In this document: in pieces, positions 23,468 to 23,592 of the stretch | Layout: each line of letters begins with the position of its first letter | How positions within the stretch are numbered: the stretch's first letter is position 1 | IMG/VR virus record: IMGVR_UViG_3300042433_000193 | DNA from: an uncultured virus (IMG/VR IMGVR_UViG_3300042433_000193) | Taxonomy: Duplodnaviria; Heunggongvirae; Uroviricota; Caudoviricetes | Length of the DNA stretch: 23,592 nt | Direction: 5' to 3' (one strand) | Position numbers and translations under genes: made by a program | Notes under the pieces: generated by a model | Told to the model about the DNA's origin: nothing | Database searches by the model: none | The model's input: the letters and a program-made list of their open reading frames with translations, nothing else

Positions 23468-23592
23468 GGCGTTGTCAGACAGAAAGATGAATCAAGCAGA
23501 AACGCAGGGAATAGGAACATCCTTAAACTTGAGGTAATGAATAAGAAGCCGAATTGAGTGCTCTAACATTTCGACAGATTTTGAATAGCAGA
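23468..23592 (-). mobile_element. End of an IS1-family insertion sequence, inserted into CRISPR repeat 3
   Basis: Minus strand 23590..23492 encodes CYSKSVEMLEHSIRLLIHYLKFKDVPIPCVSA*, typical of cyanobacterial IS1 InsB C-termini. The element end GGCGTTGTCAGAC begins exactly where repeat identity stops. Confidence 0.8.

Noticed and set aside
3235..23592. DGR template repeat or reverse transcriptase
   Set aside because: No AAC-rich copy of 3115-3234 and no RT motifs found by eye, so a complete DGR cannot be called in this window.

Overview
AT-rich segment of a siphovirus-like (pro)phage, probably of a cyanobacterium. Microcystis-like host is an inference from the TTATCAG heptamer repeats, the FGE-domain gene style and the IS1 type. 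(1) 1-4974: early/accessory region of small + strand genes behind repeated sigma70-type promoters, three of which share a palindromic operator. It includes an InsA-like zinc-ribbon protein, a stand-alone FGE-sulfatase (C-type lectin fold) gene whose 3' end looks like a DGR variable region, and three MLSFQEFQ paralogues. (2) 5031-18315: tail morphogenesis operon with an HK97-gp10-like gene, putative tail terminator, tail tube, tail assembly chaperone with a -1 frameshift, a 3258-aa tape measure protein and an NlpC/P60 gene. The tape measure protein carries three embedded enzyme domains: alpha/beta hydrolase, lambda-R-like lysozyme, and a beta-lactamase/PBP fold bracketed by a 20-bp direct repeat. 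(3) 18351-23108: patchwork of small genes and gene remnants (AAA ATPase N-terminus, probable N6-methylase C-terminus) around an oppositely oriented GTA-like tail tip gene. (4) 23300-23592: CRISPR array (36-bp repeats, 39-bp spacers) whose third repeat is cut by an IS1-family element running off the window. No cas gene, DGR reverse transcriptase/template repeat, capsid or integrase gene is visible in the window.
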